Shown here one piece after another: positions 23,613 to 33,835 of a DNA stretch of 35,248 nt. How positions within the stretch are numbered: position 1 is the stretch's first letter; each line of letters begins with the position of its first letter. The notes below the pieces were generated by a model, which saw only the letters and a program-made list of their open reading frames with translations, was not told the DNA's origin and did no database searches. Made by a program: the position numbers and the translations under genes. The DNA comes from Octopus bimaculoides (lineage: Eukaryota): the NCBI RefSeq assembly GCF_001194135.2, contig NC_068987.1, forward strand, positions 16,979,816 to 17,015,063, in the 5' to 3' direction.

Positions 23613-23929
23613 CTAAGAGAGCGTAACACTGAGCTATCCAGAAAGCTTTCCTTCCTTTATCGTAAATCAGTCAATATTATAGATTGATGACGCAAATTGA
23701 CCACCAGACCGGAACAAATTGCTGAATAGGTGTATGAAGTATCAATGGAAAGTATACAAACTTAAGACATTTATGATTCAACTCCAGTGAAAAGACTTTA
23801 CAGGTTCAAATGTTATATTTATAAGTTAATAACTTTGAAGCTATAAACTCATCATCGCTTCTGCTCATAAAATGGAAAGCATAAATCACACATGCGCGAA
23901 CGGACGCACATGCATGCATACACGTGCGA

Positions 23930-23934
23930 GTGTG

Positions 23935-23978
<44 letters not shown>
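23930..23978. repeat. (TG)n microsatellite
   Basis: Read directly. Confidence 0.95.
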
Positions 23979-23979
<1 letters not shown>

Positions 23980-24028
23980 ATGTGTATTATCATTATCATT
24001 GTTATTTTTATACAAGAATGTTGTTGAA

Positions 24029-24069
24029 AGTAACTTCGAAGTTTCGGCCAGCTAAGCCATCGTCGGACT
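24029..24069 (-). ncRNA. Minimal Type I hammerhead-like motif with palindromic stem III
   Basis: Minus strand AGT CCGACGA T GGC ttagctg GCC GAA ACTTCGAAGT T ACT. Confidence 0.6.
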
Positions 24070-24594
24070 AAGAATAATAATTCGTACTCTACAAAAGTAT
24101 AAAGTAACCCATCAGATTAAAGGAAAATTGTTTTTATTATAACTGAACATAAAAACAAACATATAATACTAAAATAATTTCAGTAATAATAACGTTAATA
24201 ATATTAATTGAGGGTATAAACCCGAACGTAACTGAATTACCTCTGAACAAATAGTATACTCCATACAGTAAAATGTAAACTTAACTACTACAATTGATTG
24301 TAGTATGAATGAGCATTTTATAAACCACTATTCAGCTGTAATACCAGTAGAGGTGATGATGTAATGTAAATGAAACTTTGAGAATTTACTGGTAGTGGGA
24401 AGTAGATACAGAGAGGAGAAGCGATAAGTATGTTAGAAGGAAGATCCGAGTAAGAAGCGTCGGCAATATTTGTAACTACCAATCTATGGACATTGAAAAA
24501 ATGAAATAAATATTTGATCTCAGCTAGATTTGAAATGAAGAAACAGAGCCCTTCTAGCCAGCGCCTTAACATTTTTGCCAATTTACTCCTTCCA

Positions 24595-24708
24595 ACATAG
24601 GGTGATGGAAGACAAAAGTCGAGTCCAGCAGTATTTGAACACATAACATAGAAAGGCATAATTAAATAGTAGACTTTGCCCAACGCTCTACTAATTCAAC
24701 AATTCCAA
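24595..24708 (-). mobile_element. Diverged SINE family C fragment
   Basis: gatggaagacaaaagtcgagtccagcagtatttgaac aligns with family C. Confidence 0.65.
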
Positions 24709-24799
24709 CCACCTGAAATAATCTCAGCCTTTTGAGGTCAACTCACCAGAAACTGTTCGTGGTAAGATGTTACAAAACCCTTGTTTTAAGATGATCTTA

Positions 24800-25210
24800 A
24801 GAAAAACCTTCCATCCTATTTCATACTAATTTATGTCCCTAACACCAGTTAAATGACAACGAAATTATTTTGATAAATTTCATATTATTTTCGAAATTAA
24901 ATGAAACATATTCTAAAAGAAATATGGCAAAATAAAAAGGTTTAACTGAACTAAATTAAAATTTTTCATTAAACTTTCATGCTAATTTATGTTCCTAGCA
25001 TCAGCTAAATAATGATAGTTATGTTAATAAATTTTATATTATTTCCGAATCTAAAGGAAACGAAGACCGACATGTGATAACAAAAGGGTTAAATTAAAAC
25101 TTTCCATCGAAATTTCATTCTCATTTATATTTTTAACGCCAGTTCAATAATGACAAGGTTATTTTTATAAATTCTTTATTTTCAAAGTTAATTGAAACAA
25201 AGACTGCGTA
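24800..25210. repeat. Three decayed tandem units of about 140-155 bp
   Basis: Anchor tttcatNctNatttatR at 24819, 24975 and 25113, with collinear downstream similarity. Confidence 0.75.
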
Positions 25211-26894
25211 ATTTCAGCAGAAACAAAATAATTAATGGAATTTATAGAAGGAAGTTAAGTCTATGTATTTAGCAAGATCATTTTCTATCAAGTGCAGTTT
25301 CAGGTAGTATTTGTATCCCAATGGACAATGATGCAGTGCTTTGGTTTCATTATTGGATATTTCTAAATTACTGTACTTTAGGTAAACGCGCAGAAGTTTG
25401 TAAACTGCATAGAAATTTATAAATGATCGATGTATAGTTTTTTCATGGAAATAACCTTGGGGCATATTTATCAGTGTTTTAATTATATTTATAACGTTGA
25501 TATATGATTATTATTATTATCTTTATATTGCCATAATTAGTCATACTATATAATTCTCATTTATTAGAATATTGAAACATAAATTTCAATAGATTTCCAT
25601 ATCCATAATGACAGCAGTTCTATGCTTTTATCAGTTCTTTTAACGATATTTCCATTCATGGAGTTTAATTTTCTGAATTTTCTCTCCTCCTCTCTTTTGT
25701 TCAGATATAATTTCGCTAAGATATTGTTATACATTGTATGGGCAATTTAATTATATTGTTTTCGTGGCTATTGCATTTATTTACTGCCAAATCGTCCTTG
25801 ATCGAGCAGATCTATAGCCAAAGAGTTTCCAGTCGTTACCATCATGTCTTTGTTTTTGACACTGTGCATTTTCCAATATATTATTCAATGCAAAAAGGCT
25901 TTTATGTAAATCTGAGCGAATACGTGGCAACACCGTCGATGATCAGCCGGAGAATTAGGTGTTAAATATATCGAATATTTTGATTGGAATGACTTCGGAC
26001 ATGGTGGATTATCCTTAAGTAATCTACTATAATGTAAACGATAATGGGGCACGATTTACAGAAAGAATCACGAAAGTTTCGCTTGTGAAGCTAGAAATAT
26101 CGGGCAATAAACCACCATGAAGTCATACACTATTGTCTTTGGAAAGAAAACATTGAGTAATATTAAAAGGGAGCGTATCACAGAACTGAGTTCAATGCTC
26201 ATAGACGAGCGACGGGAAAATCGTAGCCTTTAAGGCTCTAAACATATGCCTGGTACTCTGTCAGCTCTGTTGTCCAATAACCAACAATAAACATATTGAT
26301 ATCCACTGAAGGTACCCAAACAAATAAACGAAAATACCAATGTTTAAGATGATACTCATTACAGCAACGAAACAGTGAAAAAGGTCACTCTAAAAGAGGT
26401 GGTATTAATCAATTTGGTCAACAAGCTCCACTATATAGCAGCTGACCACCTGTTCGGTTCAGAATTTATCGAGAAGAGTCTTGTCGTAAAAGAAATAGAA
26501 TTAAAAAAATGTACTACCATCCTTAAATCTGCTGAGTGAGTAACCATCATTAAAATCTGCAGATTGAATAGCAAATAAAAACTGGGTGACAGCACTAAGC
26601 AGTGATGTGTATAACTACAAACTTGCTAGTTCAACTATGTGTGGGATATATTAGAAAGTGTAAGAACGCTTTGCACCGTATTTTGTCATGGACTGTAGAC
26701 ACATCGGTATAAGTTCACCGAATGATCTCACAGCGTCTCCTGAAACGACTGTGGGATGCATGCACTTAGGAGTGGTTATCTCGTTTTCAGCTAAGAGAGA
26801 ACAGAAAGGCATATGCAACGAACTGACATGAGACAGAGGTCTCTCTTATGATATATATACATACATATATATCACTAAATCCACAAGTTTTTTT

Positions 26895-27057
26895 CTAATT
26901 CTCTCTATTTATTTTCTTTTATACATTTCTGTTACAGAGAGTAGGCTCGAAATGTAAAAGACTTTCTCACATACCCGAGCGTCAGACTAATACACATTCT
27001 TGTTGTTCATACACCGGTCTTCGTCTTTTGTTTTTCCGTAAATTTCAACTATATTTG
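26895..27057 (+). mobile_element. Family A copy 2 with degenerate hammerhead at 26918-26993
   Basis: gtaggctcgaaatgt...cccgagcgtcagactaatac, followed by (ATAC)n. Confidence 0.8.
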
Positions 27058-27659
27058 TACATACATACATACATACATACATACATACATACATACATAN
27101 NNNNNNNNNCATGCATACATACATACATACATACATACATACATGCATACATACATACGCATGCATGCACATACACAATGTGTCGTTAAGAAATCCTAGT
27201 GATTACAAAATATTTTTAAAGAATAATAATAAAACAGAATGCACAAACAGAATATTCAAATCTCAGCTTTTTTACACGAACACAAATAAAGAAAAACAAC
27301 AACAACAACATGAAAACATGAAACAATATTCAAAGTTGATTCATGACCTTTGACAACATTTAATGACAAGTTGTCTATTCTGCGGGCTTCAGCAAAACGA
27401 GCGATTGACCTTTAGTGATTCCAGCGTATAGAAGAGGGAAATACGATGAAGAAAGAATGTAACTGACTTTTTCTGAGTGGAATTTCATCGGCCATGGCCC
27501 TCTACAAGCCTCATGCACGACTCACATTGGAGTGCAACTCATATTGGAGTACCACTTATATGTGAAGAGTAAGACAACTTTTACATGCACAAATCTAAAC
27601 TGCATCTATAAAGTTGTTTGACTAATCATCGAAGAGTTATTAACGCATATACAGTTTGT

Positions 27660-27760
27660 ACGGTAGTAGAAGACACTTGCCCAAGACGTTGCACAGTAGA
27701 ACTGAACCCGAAATTATATGATGTGATTGCAAGGCGGGCTTCTTAACCACACAGCCATGT
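27660..27760 (-). mobile_element. tRNA-derived SINE head fragment (CORE-like)
   Basis: Minus strand TGGCTGTGTGG A box, GGGTTCAGTTC B box, then tcttgggcaagtgtctt. Confidence 0.75.
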
Positions 27761-27844
27761 CTAAGTATTCAGATCTTTTGTAAGCTTTCATATGAACAAA
27801 CTGACAGACATATAGAAACAAGAATAAAACATGATAACGGTTTC

Positions 27845-28050
27845 AAATTTTGGCACAAGGCCATCAACGGGGAAGGGGATAAGTATACTACATCGACCCC
27901 AGTGCGTAACTGGTACTTATTTTTTAGACCCCGAAAGGATGGAAGGCAAAGTCGGCCTCTGCGGAATTTGAACTCAGAACGTAGCGGCAGAGGAAATACC
28001 GCTAAGCATTTTATCCGGCGTGCTAACGGTTCAGTCCGTTTCGCCGCCTA
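27845..28050 (-). mobile_element. Near full-length SINE family C
   Basis: Head with B box GAGTTCAAATTCC, core ccttccatcctttcggggtc..aaaaataagtaccag, tail ccttgtgccaaaattt. Confidence 0.9.
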
Positions 28051-28460
28051 AAAGAAGCCCATAGTAACAAAAAACAAAAAAAAACCCAGAAAAAGGACAA
28101 TGAAGATGCTGGCATTGTTACGCTTTCAAATACAATAGAAAGTTGTAATATAGGTGGTATGGGAGATTGAAAACAAAACATCAAAAGTTACTACGGCGTA
28201 CATAGAAACAGTTGAGAATGCACGACCGAAACTTCCCTACCAACAGCTGCAACGAACTGTTCTAAACACTAGCAAGAATATTTAGAATGGAAGACAAATC
28301 TTTCAATTTAACTGTCTGTTCATTAACACTCGTCTGCCTATGTGAGTAATACATCAGTCTGTATATCTATATCACTGTCTGGGCTGGATAGATGGATGTC
28401 TGTCTATATGATGACTACATTTGTCTGTGTGTCAATCTGTTGTCGACATGACTATGTCTC

Positions 28461-28526
<66 letters not shown>

Positions 28527-28544
28527 CCATTTAAAGATACCATA

Positions 28545-29160
28545 ACAGAAATTCTCATATTGGCTTTTGGTGCAAATGCACTCTTGTTTATATCACTAGC
28601 GGGAGGATGAATCCCCGCCATCTTCAGCACCTAGACCACCAGATCACGTGATTTCAACTTCCTTTGGTTTCTTCAATGATGGACGTTCAACCGCTAGAGA
28701 CAGCAGCAACTCAACCGACAGCAATATACAGAAAAACAGTGCTAGAACAGGCGCTGGTGTCGCGATTAGCTAGTGAGCTTGGCAGAAATATATATTAGCG
28801 ACAGTGGCAGTATTAATACCGAAGGGTAATATTTATCCCTATTTAAACGTGCGAGTTCTGTTAGAACTTTATTGCGGTAGATACCATGAGAGAAAATCTT
28901 ATATTGCGTTTTCATGCAAAATGCACTCTTGTTCATATTGCTAAAAGAGAGATTAAATTCCCATCATCTCCAGTATTTAGGCCACCGGATCAAGTGATTT
29001 CGACCTCCCTTGGGCTCTTCAATATTGGACACTTGACCGCTAGAGATAGTAGCGGCTCCTCTCCCCGCCAGCGATATATAGTAAAAACAGTGCCAGAACA
29101 GGCGATGATGTCGCGAGTAGCCAGTAAGCATGTAAAAAAATATATAGCGGCGACAGGGGC
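28545..29160. repeat. Diverged tandem pair of ~265-bp units (28545-28808 and 28888-29160), period ~345 bp
   Basis: Collinear motifs aatgcactcttgtt, gtgatttc, ccgctagaga and aaaacagtgc.agaacaggcg.tg.tgtcgcga. Confidence 0.85.
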
Positions 29161-29186
29161 TGTACATATATGTGTATGTGTGTACG

Positions 29187-29222
<36 letters not shown>

Positions 29223-29404
29223 ATCATCTGGGCAATAACCTCATAACAGCAACTAACAGCAGTCACCAATGCCCCAAAACAGTTGCGATTTATGATTAAA
29301 GCCTGTTCATTCCATTTCCTTGTTTTATAAATTCACACACACACACACACATATGTTGAGAGTGAGAGAGTGAGAGAGAGGATAAACACACATGGATACA
29401 CAGA

Positions 29405-29405
29405 C

Positions 29406-29459
<54 letters not shown>

Positions 29460-29460
29460 G

Positions 29461-29552
<92 letters not shown>
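29405..29552. repeat. (GATA)n-(GACA)n-(GATA)n compound microsatellite
   Basis: Read directly. Confidence 0.97.
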
Positions 29553-29554
<2 letters not shown>

Positions 29555-29835
29555 TTTCCAGCTCTACCCTCTCAACCATCTCAGCCATCACCACAACTAC
29601 CGCGTCTAACATCTTTCAACTTGCTCTGCTGAGAATTCAGATTCCATATTCTAAGAGTATCTCCAAACTCTCTCTGCCAGACTCCCAAACAATCCTCGCA
29701 TCGGTATTCAATGTTGACAAGGTCTACTCGCATGATTTATGGTTCTGGTTATTCTTCTTCTTGATGTTGTTAGTCTTGTTGGTGTTGGTGTTGTTGGTGG
29801 TGGTGGTGGCGTTGGTGTTGTTGTGTTTGCTGTGG

Positions 29836-29867
<32 letters not shown>

Positions 29868-30327
29868 GGTGGTGGTGGTGGTGGTGGTGGTGGNNNNNNN
29901 NNNNNNNNNNNNNNNNNNNNNNNNNNNNNNNNNNNNNNNNNNNNNNNNNNNNNNNNNNNNNNNNNNNNNNNNNNNNNNNNNNNNNNNNNNNNNNNNNNNN
30001 NNNNNNNNNNNNNNNNNNNNNNNNNNNNNNNNNNNNNNNNNNNNNNNNNNNNNNNNNNNNNNNNNNNNNNNNNNNNNNNNNNNNNNNNNNNNNNNNNNNN
30101 NNNNNNNNNNNNNNNNNNNNNNNNNNNNNNNNNNNNNNNNNNNNNNNNNNGTTGAGGTGATTGTTGTTGTTGTTGGTGGTGGTAGTTGAGGTGATCGTTA
30201 TTGTTTTTGTTGTTGTTGTTGTTGCTGTTGGTGATGGTGGTGATGGTGGTGCTTGTTTCCTTGTCTGTGTTGATGATGCTGATGTTGTTGCCAATGCTCT
30301 CTCTTCTTGTCGGTGATTCTTTGATTA

Positions 30328-30542
30328 TTTTACTCCTTAACTTGCTTCAGTCATTAGACTTTGGCCACGCTGGGGCAACACCTTGAAGAATTTTAGTCCA
30401 ATGAATCGACCTAATACTTCCTTTTTCTTTAAAGCCTGATGCTTATTCAATCGGTCTCTTTTGTAGTACCGCTAAGTTACGGGGACGCAAACAAACCAAC
30501 ACCAGCTGTCAAGCGGTGGTAAGGGACAAACACAGATACAAA
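30328..30542 (-). mobile_element. SINE-like family B
   Basis: cagtcattagac..ggccacgctgggg...ccgctaagttacggggac aligns with the 13536 copy. Confidence 0.85.
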
Positions 30543-30556
30543 GAAGCATACATATA

Positions 30557-30772
30557 GAAGAAGAAGAAGAAGAAGAAGATGAAGAAGAAGAAGAAGAAGA
30601 AGAAGAAGAAGAAGAAGAAGGAGGAGGAGGAGGAGGAGGAGGAGGAGGAGNNNNNNNNNNNNNNNNNNNNGAAGAAGAAGAAGAAGAAGAAGAAGAAGAA
30701 GAAGAAGAAGAAGAAGAAGAAGAAGAAGAAGAAGAAGAAGGAGAAGAAGAAGAAGAAAAAGAAGAAGAAGGA
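30557..30772. repeat. (GAA)n/(GAG)n microsatellite
   Basis: Read directly; spans a gap. Confidence 0.97.
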
Positions 30773-30789
30773 GAAACAACTCTTATTCA

Positions 30790-31026
30790 AGGACATTTTT
30801 AGCGGGATGGGCTACTCGAGCTGAAGAAATTTCTAGCTAGGCCCCACCTGTTAAATAGCTATCTTGATATGAGATTACCATGTCACGCACATATGGCTGT
30901 GATGCATGTGCCTGGTGGTCACTACCAGACGGGTAGTCATGATGGGTATATTGGGCTTCGTATATTTGTACCCCAGTGTCACTTCGATGGCATGCATTGC
31001 TCTCTCATGCAATAATAACAATAATT
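30790..31026 (+). mobile_element. Non-LTR retroelement 3' end with (AAT/AAC)n tail
   Basis: Ends gcatgcattgctctctcatgc-aataataacaataat. Recognised from memory as a common octopod repeat; no second copy in this window. Confidence 0.5.
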
Positions 31027-31029
31027 ATA

Positions 31030-31238
31030 ATTTTGACACAAGGCCAGCAATTTCGAGGAAAGGAGTAAGTCGATTACGTCGACCTCAGTGCTCAACTGGT
31101 ACTTATTTTATCGACCCCGAAAGAGATGGAAGACAAAGTCAGGTCCGGTGGAATTTGAACTCAAAACGTAAAGCCGGAAGAAATGCCGGTAAGTATTTTG
31201 TCCGGCACATTAACGATTCTACCAGCTCGCCGCCTTAC
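31030..31238 (-). mobile_element. Full-length SINE family C
   Basis: Minus strand head aaggcggcgagctggtagaatcgttaa, B box GAGTTCAAATTCC, core ggggtcgataaaataagtaccagttgagcactgaggtcga. The core resembles the recalled Meta/MESC SINE domain. Confidence 0.9.
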
Positions 31239-31260
31239 CACTGACATGGTTAATAATTGA

Positions 31261-31392
31261 TGCTATGCCGCACGAAAGGCAAGTGTAGTCGAAGTCCATA
31301 AAATGAATGGTAGATTTCAATGTGGAATATTCCAGATGAACCACGTTTATTGTGGAAACACCACAGATGTGGAGGATTGCCAAATGTTATAA
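31261..31392 (+). mobile_element. Probable second CR1-group LINE C-terminal remnant
   Basis: SVVEVHKMNGRFQCGI, then a frameshift to PDEP; compare SVDVFK.KLD.FL..IPDEP. Confidence 0.45.
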
Positions 31393-31656
31393 AAGCCGGC
31401 TTTGGAACTGTTTCACCCATTTTTGCCAATTAAAAATATTTTCTATCTGTCTGTGTCTGATGTTGGTTTGCGTATGTTTTCTTCTCTTCGTTTCTTTCCT
31501 CACATCCTCCGTTTCTTCTTTACGCCGCTTTTTTGTATACATACCGATACGAACGGATGAATATATATATGTGTGTGTGTGTGTGTTGTATGTGTGTGTG
31601 TGTATGTGCGTGCGTGTGTACGTGTATACATATATATGTATGTATATATGTATGTG

Positions 31657-31687
<31 letters not shown>

Positions 31688-31782
31688 TCTTACCCAGACA
31701 AACATACACACCTGCACACACACACATATACATACATAAACATACGTGCCCACGTACACATACACGCCCATCATTTTTTTTA

Positions 31783-32056
31783 TTCTTTTACTTGCTCCAG
31801 TCATTAGAATGTGACCATGCTGGGGCACTACCTTGAAGAATTTTTAACTGAACGAATCGACCCCAGTGTTTATTTTTGAAAACCTACTACTAATTCCATC
31901 GATCTCTTTTGTCAAGCCGCTAAGATACAGGGACATAAACACACCAACACTGGTTGTGCGGTGGTGGTGGTGGTGGTGGTTGTGGTTGTGGTGGTGGTGG
32001 TGATGGTGATGGTGGTGGTGATGATGGTGGAGGTGATGGATAAACACCGATATACA
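31783..32056 (-). mobile_element. SINE-like family B with internal (GGT/GAT)n expansion at 31960-32038
   Basis: Aligns with the other B copies on both sides of the expansion. Confidence 0.82.
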
Positions 32057-32294
32057 CACTCACACATATATTATATATCTATATCTATATATATATATCA
32101 ATATATATATTCTGTATATATATCCTTTAAGTTCATTTATGTGAAATGTTTTTGAGTGCACTCATAAAATGCTATTTATTCCGTCTGCCGCTTATTATTC
32201 CCATCTTTCAGAGTAATTTTGTGAGATGGTTATGAGTCTGGTGCTGTTATAGAGTAAGATGGATATAGTAATAACGAGAACTTCTGGATCGACA

Positions 32295-32526
32295 TTCCTA
32301 AGTGCTTTAATGCATTGCTACGTACGTTTCCACAAATCACATGTTTTTGTTGCTGCATTCCTCATCCATAGGATACTACAAATATTTGCAATATCCAATA
32401 TATTAATGTTTCCCCTTAAAATCCATGGATATTGTAAATTATATTTCTAATATCCTCCGGATGGGAATTCAGCAAAACATGTGATTTGTTGAAACGTACG
32501 TAGGTATCCATTAAAAGATTTATGAA
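32295..32526. mobile_element. Foldback MITE-like element
   Basis: Arm 32295-32397 is the reverse complement of arm 32426-32526 (ctacgtacgtttc.acaaatcacatgtttt...aatatcca). Confidence 0.8.
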
Positions 32527-32699
32527 TTTCCATCTAAAACTTCTTCAAATATAAAGATAAATATTTTTTTTCTAAATTTCATCAGTGACCAGCATATTAA
32601 AAAATACCTAAATACTTTTAAAGGTAAGTAATAAATACAATTAGAGATAAGAGCAAAACAAAAAAATTTCTTTGCCATATACTGAAATAGACGCTAAAT

Positions 32700-32766
32700 C
32701 GTCCAACCACATTAAAATATTTTCACTATTATTATTTAAGTGAAAATATTTTAAGGTGGTTGGACG
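32700..32766. repeat. 28-bp inverted repeat with an 11-nt loop
   Basis: CGTCCAACCAC(A)TTAAAATATTTTCACT / AGTGAAAATATTTTAA(G)GTGGTTGGACG; one mismatch. Confidence 0.92.
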
Positions 32767-32815
32767 AAAAAAGAGTCAAGGTAGAAAATGCTAAAATAAT
32801 TTTATAAAAAACATT

Positions 32816-32852
32816 CTAGTACCGGTTTCAGTCATTGAGACTTTTTCAACTG
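32816..32852 (-). ncRNA. Minimal hammerhead-like motif, U3-A8 core variant
   Basis: Minus strand CAG TTGAAAA AGTC tcaat GACT GAA ACCGGT A CTAG. Confidence 0.5.
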
Positions 32853-33564
32853 TAAGTATGGAAAACAATTAAATTTTTGGAAAAATTAAAAGAAATGTTT
32901 TTTAAAAGAATATTTGTATAGTATTCAAATACAAGATGCATTTTCCTTGTTTCTGCCTGTCTCTGTCTCTCTTGTTTTGTATAAATGTGGAAATCATGGG
33001 CGCCCTTTGCAGTAGGTGTTATAATATTGTTTTGGTGAACCTATACATATATATGCCAACATCTTGGACTTTTGTTACCTTGTATTGTCGCTGTGTGTGC
33101 GTTTGTGTATGTGTGTGTGCATGTGTGTGTGTGTGTGCATGTATGTATATATATATATATATATATATTGTGTGTGTGTGTGTCTGTGTGTGTGTCTGTG
33201 TGTGTGTATGTCTGTCTGTCTCTATGTATGTATGCATGTATGAATGTATAAATAGATAAAATCGCTTGTAAAAATTAATTCATGCGCTCACAATAATCAA
33301 AAAGATTTTTTAAAGTTATTAACTATTTAAAAGAAAATTTAATAGGGTGTCACTAACCTTTGTGGAAGACGTTTGCGTATAGTGTGTATTTTGTGTGTAA
33401 GTGCTTTCGTTATTCAACTTTTCATACACACGTATTCTGGGCTCATGCGCATAGAAGAAGTTATTTTCAGTAAATATTAACTATTTTCGGTTTTGTTTAG
33501 GATTTAGACTACTTATAAAGTATTCATTTGTCTTTCGTAATTGAGCGTTTTCATCTGGTACAAG

Positions 33565-33573
33565 TGTGTGTGT

Positions 33574-33640
<67 letters not shown>
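33565..33640. repeat. (TG)n microsatellite; further TG/TA/ATAC tracts at 33085-33235, 34100-34223 and 35005-35150
   Basis: Read directly. Confidence 0.95.
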
Positions 33641-33643
<3 letters not shown>

Positions 33644-33664
33644 ATATGCATACATACCTCCGGG

Positions 33665-33835
33665 GTTTTTTTCTCTCCCTCTGTTTTTTTCATTTTATTC
33701 CTTTCTGAGAAGAGCGCAGGCTCGAAATGTCAAAAACTCTTCAGTTTTTCTGAGCGTCAGACTAATACAACCTGTTTGTTGTTCCCTCACCTGCGTTTGT
33801 CTTTTGCCTTTTGCTTTCGTATAATTTCAAACCAT
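33665..33835 (+). mobile_element. Family A copy 3 with hammerhead-like motif at 33695-33768
   Basis: tttCTGAGAA GAGC gcag GCTC GAAATGT...gagcGTC agactaatac. Confidence 0.8.

Noticed and set aside
24318-24683. 121-aa minus-strand ORF
   Set aside because: Its start lies in a diverged family C SINE and it shows no recognisable motif.
31261-31392. CGIFQMN peptide resembling a lysozyme motif
   Set aside because: Bounded by stops with no splice sites; the adjacent-frame PDEP fits a CR1-type LINE remnant better.
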